Below, piece after piece: positions 27,198 to 36,466 of a stretch of DNA of 64,000 nucleotides. The position numbers and the translations under genes were made by a program. Under the pieces are notes generated by a model. It did no database searches and had not been told where the DNA came from. It was given only the letters and a program-made list of their open reading frames with translations. The DNA comes from Candidatus Parcubacteria bacterium. Its GTDB lineage: Bacteria > Patescibacteriota > Minisyncoccia > Phycocordibacterales > Zambryskibacteraceae. How positions within the stretch are numbered: the stretch's first letter is position 1; each line of letters starts with the position of its first letter. The stretch lies in NCBI GenBank assembly GCA_019658995.1, contig JAIFWN010000001.1, forward strand, positions 20,852 to 84,851. The letters run 5' to 3'.

Positions 27198-28400
27198 TTA
27201 CGGCAAAAACTTTCCGATCCAGTGAGAGAGCTGGCGCAGGCCGCGGCGGCTGCCTTCGGCAATAGATTCAAGACCTTTCTGACCCACCGAGCCCTGCTCG
27301 TTTTCGGCATTGAAGCCGACCACAGCCAAACCGTATGCCACCGACCAGGCCAGGTCTTTGTTTGACCTAAGTTCGGAATTACCGAAGTGAATCTCTCCAA
27401 CACGAGCGGGGAGCTTCAGGGCGTACTCGGCGAATTCTCTGATGCCGTAAACTCCCGCGCCTCCGCCGGTAAGTACCGCACCTGCCGGCAGGAGCTGATG
27501 ACGGCCAATCTTTTTCAGATGTGCTTCGACCAGTTCGAATATCTCAGATAGACGGGATGAGATGATGTCGTCCATCTTTTTCTTAGGATAATCAGTGCGG
27601 GTGTAGGCACCGAGCTTTATATTTTCGGCTTCCTCTAGAGTGGTCTTGAGACCCAGAGCAATGTCGTTAGTGAGATCTGTTCCTCCCATTTCGAAGACTT
27701 CAAGAGATATAGGATTGCTGTTTTCAAAAACGACCATGGAAGTGGTCTCGGCCCCGATATTCAAGAGCAGGCAACCGGCCATCTTCTGCTTCTTGCTTAG
27801 CGTGACGAATGATGAGGCAATTGGAGCGGCCACTACATCTATGACTTCCACCCCGGCGCCTTCCACCGATCGTATGAGGTCCTCGAGATGATGCTCGAGA
27901 CAGGTTATGAAAAGAATTTTTACCTCGAGCTTGCCGGCCCGCATGCCCTCTACGCGCCCGAGCGCTTGCCGGCCGTCGAGGAGTGTTACCAGGGGAATGG
28001 TGTTTATAACTTTGCGATTTAAGGAAAGTGATTGCGGAATAGACGCCTCGGCCGCATCGTGGGCCTTCTCGATATCCAGATTGGTAACTTCAAGATCTGC
28101 TCGCGAGATAGCCACGGTGCCCGTTGAGACGGCACTGCCGAGTCCTACGCCGCCGACAGAGACGAAGGCTCTCTTAACCGTAATGCCGCTGGCTTTCTCG
28201 GCCTTATCTAGGGCTATTCTTACGCTCTTGCTAACCTCTCCGGTGTCTATGATGAATCCCTTGCGGAGCCCTCTGGTCTCTGAGGTGCCGGTTCCCAGAA
28301 CCTTAGGTATGTGTCTGTCACCATCAAGAACTTCTTCGGCGATAACTGCCTTTACCTGGTGAGTGCCTATGTCGATGCCGACTGAGAGATTTTTTGCCAT
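27198..28400 (-). CDS. ftsA: Cell division protein FtsA
   Basis: GIDIGT, NIGAETT, GG..LTNDIA, VLTGGGA, C-terminal amphipathic helix. Confidence 0.95.
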   Translation of the reverse strand: MAKNLSVGIDIGTHQVKAVIAEEVLDGDRHIPKVLGTGTSETRGLRKGFIIDTGEVSKSVRIALDKAEKASGITVKRAFVSVGGVGLGSAVSTGTVAISRADLEVTNLDIEKAHDAAEASIPQSLSLNRKVINTIPLVTLLDGRQALGRVEGMRAGKLEVKILFITCLEHHLEDLIRSVEGAGVEVIDVVAAPIASSFVTLSKKQKMAGCLLLNIGAETTSMVVFENSNPISLEVFEMGGTDLTNDIALGLKTTLEEAENIKLGAYTRTDYPKKKMDDIISSRLSEIFELVEAHLKKIGRHQLLPAGAVLTGGGAGVYGIREFAEYALKLPARVGEIHFGNSELRSNKDLAWSVAYGLAVVGFNAENEQGSVGQKGLESIAEGSRRGLRQLSHWIGKFLP

Positions 28401-28740
28401 TAAATAGTTTATAGAACCTTTGTTCCTCGCTCTCCATTTTAGCGCCGTGTCGCATTCCTTTCAAATGAAGAAGTGCGTGGATGTATAGTTCCAGAACCGA
28501 AAATCCGCCCAATCCCTCTTTGTTTATGAAAACTTCTCCGCTCCCTTTGCCGAGCGGGAAGGCGAGGACATTGGTCGGCTTGTCCTTGCCGCGGTATGTG
28601 CGGTTGAGCCTTCTCGATAGCGCATTGTTGCAAAAGACCAGGGAGAGCTCGTAATCCTTACCAAGGATTGCCTCTTTAATCGCTACTTCCCGGCTAATCT
28701 TACGATTAGCGCCGCTTTTTGCCGAACTTCTGGAGTTCAT
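28324..28740 (-). CDS. ybeY: rRNA maturation endoribonuclease YbeY
   Basis: LNRTYRGKDKPTNVLAF; HALLHLKGMRH. Confidence 0.9.
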   Translation of the reverse strand: MNSRSSAKSGANRKISREVAIKEAILGKDYELSLVFCNNALSRRLNRTYRGKDKPTNVLAFPLGKGSGEVFINKEGLGGFSVLELYIHALLHLKGMRHGAKMESEEQRFYKLFNGKKSLSRHRHRHSPGKGSYRRRSS

Positions 28741-28960
28741 TCAGTTTGCCCTGCTTCAGGAGCTCGTTTATGTGCTCTTTTTTCTTAAGGTATGCGAGGG
28801 TCTTGGCGCGTTTGACGTTCTCGCTCTTGATGCGCTCGGAGTAGCGCTTCTCGCGCACTTTCATGAGTATGCCGGCGCTCTGTACGCGCTTCTGGAAACG
28901 CCTAAGAACCGAGAGGTTGTTCTCGCTTGCGCCTTTGGTTACTTCGATATTGACTGCCAT
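28706..28960 (-). CDS. rpsU: 30S ribosomal protein bS21
   Basis: ENNLSVLRRFQKRVQSAGIL..REKRY. Confidence 0.8.
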   Translation of the reverse strand: MAVNIEVTKGASENNLSVLRRFQKRVQSAGILMKVREKRYSERIKSENVKRAKTLAYLKKKEHINELLKQGKLNELQKFGKKRR

Positions 28961-29023
28961 ATAGGTCTGAAACTCTAACACAATGGTCTCAATCGCGCAA
29001 TAGAGCCATATATTAAAAAGCGG

Positions 29024-29317
29024 CTAGTTGTATCTAGCCGCAAGAGCGAGACGAAACCGCTGCATACTTTGAGGACTTAGCCGGATCACAACTAAGGGTA
29101 TTTCATCCGGATCCGAATCCGGCAGACCCATGGTTCTGATCTCACGTACCAGGAGCTCGGCCCAGAACTGATCGATGCGGTTGGCAATGCGCAACCCCAT
29201 GATACAGGCCATTGCCAGGTTTTCGGTGCGGATGAGACGACTCACGTATCCGTCTGGCAAGGTGATAATGATGCCCTGGGGATGCTGTTCGATGACGGGC
29301 TCGTCATTCATGTCCAT
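29024..29317 (-). CDS. Orphan hypothetical protein
   Basis: GGAGG SD; stop inside GCGGCTAG...CTAGCCGC terminator. Confidence 0.65.
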   Translation of the reverse strand: MDMNDEPVIEQHPQGIIITLPDGYVSRLIRTENLAMACIMGLRIANRIDQFWAELLVREIRTMGLPDSDPDEIPLVVIRLSPQSMQRFRLALAARYN

Positions 29318-29349
29318 ATCTGCCTCCGTCGCGGTCTAAGACCAATATA

Positions 29350-30465
29350 TCAGAAAGGTAAGTGCTTGAGAAAGCTCGGCAAATTGGAGATCGGCACGGT
29401 GTCTTGAGCTCGGCTCTCGACGTTTCTTATGGTCACCGTATTTTCGAGAGCCTCCTTCTGTCCGACTATCAGGAGATAGGGCGGGCGGAGCCGGTCTGCG
29501 GTCTCCATCTGGGCCATGAGCTTGTCCTTGCCCAGGAAGTGGTAAATGGGTATGCGGCTGGAGCGCAGGAGTTCTATGAGAGGCAAGGCGCGTATGCGGG
29601 CCTCTCGTCCGAGATGCACGAGCTGGAATTTGGGTTTCGGCGCTTCTTTGTAGACCTGTCTCTCTTTGGGTTTCTTTTCTCCAAATATGGTAGCGCCTAT
29701 GAGAGCAAGTTCTTTCTTGAATCCGAAGCGCCGGCTGAGCCGCGAATATCGGTAACCGGCGGCAAGGAGGTGTTCGGTATCATCGCGGACGGCAAAAAGA
29801 GCTTCGGAGCAGAAATTTTTGTGCCCTACGAGTTCCGGAGCGAAACGATAATCGACTCCGAGAGCCTCCAGATATTCTATAACTTCCTTGAACTGGGCGC
29901 GGCTGGCCGAGGATAACGAAGAGACGGAAGGGGGCATCTCTTTCCTCAGTTTTTCGGCTTCTTCTCCTTCAGCTTTAGCTATGGCGAAAATGTCTTCCTT
30001 GAAAAGTTTCTTCAGCTCTGCCGATATCGAGTGCCCGACCTTGCGGACGAAGTTACTGAGTTCGCGTTCGTAGGCCTGGATAGACTCCTTGTCACCGATC
30101 GAGTTTATCTCGACCACGAGGCCCTTATAGCCTTCTTCTGAAAGTATCGAAAGGGAAGTGCGTATGAGCTTAGCTTCGGCCACACCCACCGGGTAACCGA
30201 CAAGCTCCAGGGAGTAGTTGTGTCCGCGGCGCCAGGAGAGAGCCAGGGGGTGGGGGAGTTCGGCAAGTTTCCTCTCTATGTAGTGCCGGATGAAGGCCGC
30301 TTTCTCCGGGGCGTTGCATAAGAATCGGCCGGAAGTCTTCTCGACCTTCTCCTCGCAATCTTCCGTCATTCGCAAATCCTCGTTGCTCACCGCCGGAGCC
30401 TCTATCGGCGTGAAGCCGAAGTGGGCCGCGATATAGAGAGGCTTGTCGAACTCAATTTTTTTCAT
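29350..30465 (-). CDS. Degenerate histidyl-tRNA synthetase paralog (HisS-like with anticodon-binding domain)
   Basis: INSIGD, L..GYRY..L, HGTP-type C-terminus (IVGQKE..V.IRN...Q); class II motifs eroded. Confidence 0.75.
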   Translation of the reverse strand: MKKIEFDKPLYIAAHFGFTPIEAPAVSNEDLRMTEDCEEKVEKTSGRFLCNAPEKAAFIRHYIERKLAELPHPLALSWRRGHNYSLELVGYPVGVAEAKLIRTSLSILSEEGYKGLVVEINSIGDKESIQAYERELSNFVRKVGHSISAELKKLFKEDIFAIAKAEGEEAEKLRKEMPPSVSSLSSASRAQFKEVIEYLEALGVDYRFAPELVGHKNFCSEALFAVRDDTEHLLAAGYRYSRLSRRFGFKKELALIGATIFGEKKPKERQVYKEAPKPKFQLVHLGREARIRALPLIELLRSSRIPIYHFLGKDKLMAQMETADRLRPPYLLIVGQKEALENTVTIRNVESRAQDTVPISNLPSFLKHLPF

Positions 30466-31024
30466 CTTGGTTTCCGGGAAGTATGGCGAATGGCCAGAGG
30501 CGGATAATGGGTCGGCCGATGATGTTTGCTTCCGGTACTGAACCCCACATGCGCGAGTCGGCGCTTCCGGCGCGGTTGTCACCCATCACGAAGTACTCGC
30601 CGCTCTCGAGAGTATAGACTCCGCTATCGTCCTTGGTGAGCTTCACGTAGGGCTCGTCGAGGACGAAACCCTCAGGATACTCCTGATTGACGACAGTAAC
30701 TCTGCCGCGGTCTATTCTTACGGTTTCGCCTGGCAAGCCAATAACACGCTTGATGAAGTATTTGGAAGGATCTTTGGGGTACCTGAATATGAGGACAGAG
30801 CCTCTTTCGGGTGTCTTGAAGTGGTAAGTGAGCTCGTCTACGACGAGATACTCGCTATTGTGGAAGGTCGGATCCATCGACGCTCCTTCTACGACGAATG
30901 GCTGTGCCACGTAACGGCGGAAAGGTATGACTATGAGCGCCGCTATGATCGCAAATTTGACCCACTCCCTCCAAGTACCCGTGTCTCTCTCATTATCTTT
31001 GGCAGGAGCGGTGTCGAGTTCCAT
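30452..31024 (-). CDS. lepB: Signal peptidase I
   Basis: GASMDPT, FIKRVIGLPGE, GDNR..SADSR.WG. Confidence 0.95.
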   Translation of the reverse strand: MELDTAPAKDNERDTGTWREWVKFAIIAALIVIPFRRYVAQPFVVEGASMDPTFHNSEYLVVDELTYHFKTPERGSVLIFRYPKDPSKYFIKRVIGLPGETVRIDRGRVTVVNQEYPEGFVLDEPYVKLTKDDSGVYTLESGEYFVMGDNRAGSADSRMWGSVPEANIIGRPIIRLWPFAILPGNQDEKN

Positions 31025-31054
31025 AATTTTCGGACATTGTATTATACTTCTCAC

Positions 31055-31543
31055 ATGTACACAATTGTCGGACTCGGAAATCCGGGTGATGAGTATGCGG
31101 AGACTAGACACAACACCGGAAAAATGGCGGTTGAAGCGTTAGGGAAGCATGGAGTGGGGGCTAAACTGATTCTTCAGGATACTTTTATGAATAAATCAGG
31201 GTTTGCAGTGGCTAAAGTCGTGAAGAGCAAAAAAGCGGCCGAGAAGCTGATTGTAATCTATGATGATCTCGATCTCCCGGTAGGGGTTATGAGGATATCA
31301 TGGAACCGCGGGAGCGGCGGACACAAGGGCCTGGAGTCGGTCATAAGAGCGGTAAAGACCAAGGAGTTCATCCGTATACGTATAGGAATAGGGAAGAAGG
31401 AGCCGGTGGAGAAGCACATCCTCGGCAAGTTCACGCCCAAAGAAAAAGGCGAGATTAAAAAAGTTTTCAAAAAAGTCACCGAAGCGGTTGAGGCTATTAT
31501 CGAGCACGGTCTGCCCCGGGCGATGAGCGAGTTTAATAAATAA
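31055..31543 (+). CDS. pth: Peptidyl-tRNA hydrolase
   Basis: VGLGNPG.EY..TRHN, TFMNKSG, YDDLD, GSGGHKG. Confidence 0.96.
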   Translation: MYTIVGLGNPGDEYAETRHNTGKMAVEALGKHGVGAKLILQDTFMNKSGFAVAKVVKSKKAAEKLIVIYDDLDLPVGVMRISWNRGSGGHKGLESVIRAVKTKEFIRIRIGIGKKEPVEKHILGKFTPKEKGEIKKVFKKVTEAVEAIIEHGLPRAMSEFNK

Positions 31544-31556
31544 AAAGCCGCGATGA

Positions 31557-32036
31557 TTAGTCGCAGCAGGAGTTCGTGGTGAGTTTCCTGTAGAAATCCA
31601 CTCCGACCTTTGCAAGAGCGTCGAAATAAGGTTCCTCGTCCTTGTGGATTTCACACAGCCTTCCGAGAGTCTCTTTGAGGAGCTGTCGGGCGTCACTTGC
31701 GAACCTCATATACTCGCCGTTCTCGCCAGACTCGAGTGTGACAACTCCGAAGAGAGCCAGATCCTTCAGGAACTCGTCCAAGACTATATACAGGCCGTCA
31801 TTCTTGCAATCGAAGGCCGAGCTTGCCGACCGGACAGAGATTGGGATGTCTTTCGCTTCTTCGACACTCCTTTTCTCCCAATGCTCGATCGCTTTTCCGA
31901 CTCTACCCATTGAGCGATGGAGCATTGGAATTTCGAGTTTGTGGAGTCCGCCTTTCTCCACGGCCATGAGGAGCTTTAGCATCACAACGCGGATGCTGGT
32001 CTCCTCGGGGCCGATGCTGTAGATCATGCCTCGCAT
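31557..32036 (-). CDS. Orphan hypothetical protein (possible winged helix)
   Basis: GGAGG SD; 159 aa; own terminator. Confidence 0.7.
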   Translation of the reverse strand: MRGMIYSIGPEETSIRVVMLKLLMAVEKGGLHKLEIPMLHRSMGRVGKAIEHWEKRSVEEAKDIPISVRSASSAFDCKNDGLYIVLDEFLKDLALFGVVTLESGENGEYMRFASDARQLLKETLGRLCEIHKDEEPYFDALAKVGVDFYRKLTTNSCCD

Positions 32037-32127
32037 AGCCCCTCCGGAGCCAAGTGATACTTCTATCTATATATAGACACATCCGAACTTAAATTGCAAA
32101 GTGAGCGTAAATAAAAGCCGCTACAAC

Positions 32128-32610
32128 CTAGGTCGTAGCGGGAGCTTCAGACTGTCTCTTCTTCCTCTTGTATTCCTCGACTCTCTCGAGCATCCGGCCC
32201 CAATCTCTGTCGAGCCGGTACATCTCGGCCGTTGTCTCCATGACAATGTTTGCCTTCTCGATCACGTCCTGGTCGAGATGGTCTCTGATCTCCTTTTCCG
32301 CAAAGCGTCGAAATCCGTGTTCAAAGTGGTGCCGGCCATCATTGACCGTCTTGCAATACATGACCCCGGCTATCACCGCTCTCGACAGGGTTCCGCGGAT
32401 CGCATGCTCGCGGTCCGAGGCAAAGAAGTGATACTCTCGAAGACTGACACCTTCGACCTCGAGGAGCCTGAAGTGGAGCTGCATCGCATCCACGAAGCGC
32501 CCGGTCTCGACTGAGTTCTGGCCTTCATTAGCCATGAGGTGGAGAAGGACTATCCAGACGAAAGCATCCTGGACGTAGTCCTCGGGCTCGTTACCGCGAA
32601 GTAAAGACAT
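32128..32610 (-). CDS. Orphan hypothetical protein (possible winged helix)
   Basis: GGAG SD; 160 aa; stop inside CCGCTAC...GTAGCGG hairpin. Confidence 0.7.
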   Translation of the reverse strand: MSLLRGNEPEDYVQDAFVWIVLLHLMANEGQNSVETGRFVDAMQLHFRLLEVEGVSLREYHFFASDREHAIRGTLSRAVIAGVMYCKTVNDGRHHFEHGFRRFAEKEIRDHLDQDVIEKANIVMETTAEMYRLDRDWGRMLERVEEYKRKKRQSEAPATT

Positions 32611-32653
32611 GTCTCACTCCGTAAGCTGGGGTTTTGTCTGCTGCTACTCTACA

Positions 32654-33799
32654 CTATTTCTTTTCTACGTACGAGAGTGCCATCTTCTGTTCCTTGGGAT
32701 CGAAGAGGGTGATCTTGAAGGGGTAAGTTTTGCCCATCTCGAGCGTAGAGCGGAGCTTGTCCTCAGTGCCGAATTCCGAGACGTGTACCAGACCGGCTAC
32801 GCCTTCCTCAATGGAGGCCAGAGCGCCATGCTTGTTGTATTTGATGATCACGCCTTCGACGACGTCATCTTTCTTGTATTTCTCTGCCGCTTCCTTCCAC
32901 GGATTCTCCTTCAGTGCTTTTATCGAGAGAGAGATCTTGTCATCTTTGATTTCGATGATCTTCACTCGGACCTTTTCCCCGATCTTAAACATGGTCTTAG
33001 GATTTTCCACCAGACCCCAGTCTATCTCGGAGATGTGCACGAGACCCTCGAGACCTTCTTCAAGTTTGACGAAGATGCCGAAGTCCACGAGTCCCGTCAC
33101 TTCTCCCTGGAGTTCGTCGCCCAAGGAATACTTCTCAATCATGTTCTCCTTGTTCTTGGTTTCCGGGGACTTCTCGGAGAAGATCAGTTTGCCTTCTTTG
33201 GGTGTTGCGCCGATGATGGTGACGGAAAGTTTCTCTCCGACGAGTTTGCGGAGTTCATCCAGGATCTTATCTTTGTCGCCGTCTGAGACCCTCGGATAAT
33301 GCTCTGGCTTGAGCTGGGAAGCCGGAAGGAAGCCGGGGATACCCTGCCAGTTCAATATCAATCCGCCCTTGTTGGCATCGGTTACCGGGAGGTCGTATAT
33401 GCGCTTCTCTCGGATTGCCTCTTCGGCCTCGCTCCAGATGAGAGCTTGGCGTGCTTCTTTGAGCGATATTTCGATATATCCATCCTTGCCGCCCATGCCG
33501 ACAACCTTTCCGGCCACGGTATCGCCGACGTTGACCTTCTTGATGATGTCGCGCGCGTTCATAAACTCGCGTCCGAAGATGATGCCCGTGCCGAATGGCG
33601 GCAGGTCTATGTATATCGCACCCTTATCTATGGAGATAACCGGGCCCTCTATCACATCGTCGATCTTGGGCGGGTTAGGAGATTTCTCCACTAGAGAATG
33701 CATCACGGTGTTTTCCGCTTTTGTATCGATTTCAATATTTCTAACGTCCTCCGCCTTCGGAGTTTCCTCTTTCTTTTTTCTAGTACCAAATAAAGCCAA
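32654..33799 (-). CDS. rpsA: 30S ribosomal protein bS1 (short form)
   Basis: S1 domains: GFLPASQ, DFGIFV..EGLVHISE, KISLSIK. Confidence 0.93.
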   Translation of the reverse strand: MALFGTRKKKEETPKAEDVRNIEIDTKAENTVMHSLVEKSPNPPKIDDVIEGPVISIDKGAIYIDLPPFGTGIIFGREFMNARDIIKKVNVGDTVAGKVVGMGGKDGYIEISLKEARQALIWSEAEEAIREKRIYDLPVTDANKGGLILNWQGIPGFLPASQLKPEHYPRVSDGDKDKILDELRKLVGEKLSVTIIGATPKEGKLIFSEKSPETKNKENMIEKYSLGDELQGEVTGLVDFGIFVKLEEGLEGLVHISEIDWGLVENPKTMFKIGEKVRVKIIEIKDDKISLSIKALKENPWKEAAEKYKKDDVVEGVIIKYNKHGALASIEEGVAGLVHVSEFGTEDKLRSTLEMGKTYPFKITLFDPKEQKMALSYVEKK

Positions 33800-33808
33800 A
33801 TTTTTGAG

Positions 33809-33862
33809 CCGTTACCGCTCCTCGCGCTCTATCTGTGGTTGCCGGAGCGAGAGGTGTTACGG
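33809..33862 (-). promoter_or_regulatory. Structured 5' leader of rpsA
   Basis: Nested imperfect IRs CCGTTAC/GTTACGG and CCTCGCGCTC/GAGCGAGAGG about 10 nt before the TTG. Confidence 0.55.
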
Positions 33863-33899
33863 AAAACGGGGATAATAAGAACTCAAGTAAATTAACATA

Positions 33900-34158
33900 A
33901 AATGAGAAGCCCCGCAACACTCGTGTGTTGCGGGGCTTGTGTCCCCACCAAGATGATAGACGTACTCAGGGTGGATGCATACTTCCGTACCTCTTGGTTA
34001 GCCGTGGCCTTCCTGTGCCCGTGGGCGTTGGTCACCGAGGTACTACCTCTCGTCCGCTGTTGGATGCGCGTTAGGATTGACGTTGGGAAGACGAAAGCGC
34101 TCCCTATATGCGAGTCCGGCGCGCCGCGAGGAGACGAGGTAATGCGGGAACTTTATCT
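33900..34158 (-). ncRNA. Candidate structured ncRNA of unknown class
   Basis: TTGACT-N17-TAAGCT promoter (34193-34165), no listed ORF on this strand, multi-helix pairing, terminator hairpin. Confidence 0.6.
33907..33938 (-). terminator. Terminator-like hairpin at the 3' end of the candidate ncRNA
   Basis: 14-bp perfect stem AAGCCCCGCAACAC-TCGT-GTGTTGCGGGGCTT. Confidence 0.75.
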
Positions 34159-34224
34159 GTATATAGCTTATCATAGTCTAGTCTATAAGTCAAGCACAGC
34201 TGTGGATATGAAAAAAGCCCCGAA

Positions 34225-34710
34225 TTACTTCGAGACTCTGGCAAAAGACTTTGGCATTACGTTATAAATCGTACATGTCCTTTTGAAGGAGCTCTCACGG
34301 ACGGCAAGTTTGTACTCGTCGTCGGGAGGAAGATGGAAATCCGCCTTACTCGATCCCAATCTTACTGGCAGATAAGAGAAGGAGAAGAGAGTACAAATTT
34401 CCGTCCGGCCCGGCGTATTCAAGGGGAAGCCGCTGGTGTCCACTGCCCACCATGATCCTTCGTGGATTACCCAGTAGAGCTCGATAGCCGTGTCGCCAGC
34501 CACTACGCTTGGCTTATCCAGGTGGAATCTGAGACGCGTGCCGAGAGGCAAAACTGTGCCTTCCGGAACGGTGATGATCTTCTCTGCCGGGCGGCGAGTC
34601 TTACCCCAGGTGTAGCTCTTGCTAGTGAGTGGAAGTTGAACTGTGCCGCACCCGGCTGCGACCCATAGGCTCATCATAGTAATGAAGAGGGTAAGGCACC
34701 TTATCCGCAT
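34225..34710 (-). CDS. Orphan putative lipoprotein
   Basis: Signal peptide with AAGC lipobox-like motif; GGAGG SD; overlaps the upstream gene. Confidence 0.7.
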   Translation of the reverse strand: MRIRCLTLFITMMSLWVAAGCGTVQLPLTSKSYTWGKTRRPAEKIITVPEGTVLPLGTRLRFHLDKPSVVAGDTAIELYWVIHEGSWWAVDTSGFPLNTPGRTEICTLFSFSYLPVRLGSSKADFHLPPDDEYKLAVRESSFKRTCTIYNVMPKSFARVSK

Positions 34711-35063
34711 TTTCTCACCTCCTTGGCGAGGGTGACAATGTAAGAGCGATGCAGAAATGTGAACTCGTACTTCTTGTCTACCTCGATGTCCATACCTTCA
34801 AGTATGCGCAGTACATGAGGTGCCGTGCGTCCGTCTTTGTACTCGTACCGGGTGAGGGTAGTGTCTGCGAACCGGCTCGTCCGCGTTACTATGCCGCACT
34901 CGGTGATAGTCGAGTCGGCTGGGGCAACCTCCGCACCGAAAAGATTTTCGGGCGCACTTGAACTCCACGCGCAGCGAGCCAGAGACAATGCTACGCAGAC
35001 TACGAATCCGAGTTTCCACGGACTCTCATACCACGGACGTGAGTCACCGCGTTCGAGCGGCAT
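34701..35063 (-). CDS. Orphan membrane-anchored protein (possible OB fold)
   Basis: GGAGG SD; N-terminal TM. Confidence 0.7.
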   Translation of the reverse strand: MPLERGDSRPWYESPWKLGFVVCVALSLARCAWSSSAPENLFGAEVAPADSTITECGIVTRTSRFADTTLTRYEYKDGRTAPHVLRILEGMDIEVDKKYEFTFLHRSYIVTLAKEVRKCG

Positions 35064-35183
35064 ACTTCCTCCATGTTTAGAACAGCTCTGCTTTAAGTAT
35101 GTTCTTCCCTATTTAAAATACAAATGGCCCGGTCACGTGTTGCGTGCCGGGCCAGACGAACAATCGTTCGCATGCTGGTGCTT

Positions 35184-35522
35184 CTACTCCTTCTTGATTT
35201 TCCAGAAATGATTCGGATCTGGTACGAAGACGAGAGCAACGCTCGCGCGAAGCCTGACTTTCACGATCCAGCCGCCCGGAACCCTTGACCTATAAGTCTG
35301 CTCGTCCGGGCGGACGCCGATGGGATAGTAGTCTTCCTGAATCTGTTCCCAAATCGGTGTATCCGTGATGGTCGTGTCTGGGCGGATCAACTTTACGGTG
35401 TCCACCCTGGTTCGGATATGTGAACCCGGACCGCGCGGGATGCGATGACCCTGAGCTTCGAGTATTCCGGCTGAGCCGAGCACGAGCCCGATGAGGACGC
35501 ACAACGTGACCAATCTGCGCAA
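35184..35522 (-). CDS. Orphan secreted protein
   Basis: TTGACA-N17-TACTAT promoter, GGAG SD before TTG 35522, signal peptide ending LEA/Q. Confidence 0.7.
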   Translation of the reverse strand: MRRLVTLCVLIGLVLGSAGILEAQGHRIPRGPGSHIRTRVDTVKLIRPDTTITDTPIWEQIQEDYYPIGVRPDEQTYRSRVPGGWIVKVRLRASVALVFVPDPNHFWKIKKE

Positions 35523-35657
35523 TGGATCTCCTTGAAGTAGGGAACAGAGCAACTGCTTTAATAGTAGCATAGATGGTACTTTTTGTCAAGTTAATCTAAC
35601 TTTACCTCAATCAGAAAATGCTGGTATTTGGGCTCAAAATATGCTAAAATAGGGTAT

Positions 35658-36197
35658 ATGGTAATTACCAAAGAGGGCCCTAACTCCTTCAAAATCTCCC
35701 AGGGCGATCTTGTCATAGCCGTCAATCCGGAGAGCAAGCTGACATCGACCATTACCCTTTTCAACACGGGTCGCGGAGTTGATGGTGATCGAGCCGGATT
35801 CGTCATCAATGGCCCCGGAGAGTATGAGGTCAGAGACGTTTCTGTAAAAGGTTTTCTCTCCGAGGGCGCCGATAAGAAAATCAACACTATATATATAGTG
35901 AACATTGAGGGTATGAACCTCTGCATACTGGGGAGTCTCACGAGCGCCGAGCTTCCGGCTGAGACTATAGAGTCACTTGAGGATATCGATATACTCTTCA
36001 CTCCGGTAAATGCATACAAGCTGGCTGTCTCACTCGAGCCGAAACTTATAATACCGATGAACTACACCCCCGAAGACCTTAAGAAGTTTTTGAAGGATGC
36101 CGGCGAGGACAGTGTCAATCCGGAGGAGAAACTGGTGGTCAAGAAGAAGGATCTAGATGGCAAGGAAGGAGATATAGTAGTATTGAAAGAGTCATGA
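35658..36197 (+). CDS. MBL-fold (Lactamase_B_3-like) protein, metal ligands apparently lost
   Basis: INGPGEYEV, NTIY, IDILF.PV, LEPKLIIPM. Confidence 0.8.
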   Translation: MVITKEGPNSFKISQGDLVIAVNPESKLTSTITLFNTGRGVDGDRAGFVINGPGEYEVRDVSVKGFLSEGADKKINTIYIVNIEGMNLCILGSLTSAELPAETIESLEDIDILFTPVNAYKLAVSLEPKLIIPMNYTPEDLKKFLKDAGEDSVNPEEKLVVKKKDLDGKEGDIVVLKES

Positions 36198-36466
36198 AAT
36201 CATACCTGATGTCACTTAGGGGTAAATCTCCGGCGCACAAGAAGCGCTTCTCCTTCCTTGTGGCGGGCGGCACCACTCTCATAATCTTCGTCCTCTGGGC
36301 AACGGTCAAATTCGGCGGCGGGAATAACATCGTAGCCGAGACTACCGGTCCTGTTAACCTTGCCGCCGTATCAGAGTCGGGTATCACTCCGTTTGAAAAT
36401 ATTCTCTCCGGCATCAGACAGAGCTGGAACTCCTTTATAAACATCGGCAGGAATGGCGGACAATAA
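36194..36466 (+). CDS. Small single-TM hypothetical protein
   Basis: ATGA-coupled to the upstream gene; one TM. Confidence 0.75.
   Translation: MKSYLMSLRGKSPAHKKRFSFLVAGGTTLIIFVLWATVKFGGGNNIVAETTGPVNLAAVSESGITPFENILSGIRQSWNSFINIGRNGGQ

Noticed and set aside
33902-34267. 121 aa ORF on + strand
   Set aside because: Runs through a terminator hairpin and an opposite-strand promoter, has no SD and an implausible composition; the ncRNA model fits better
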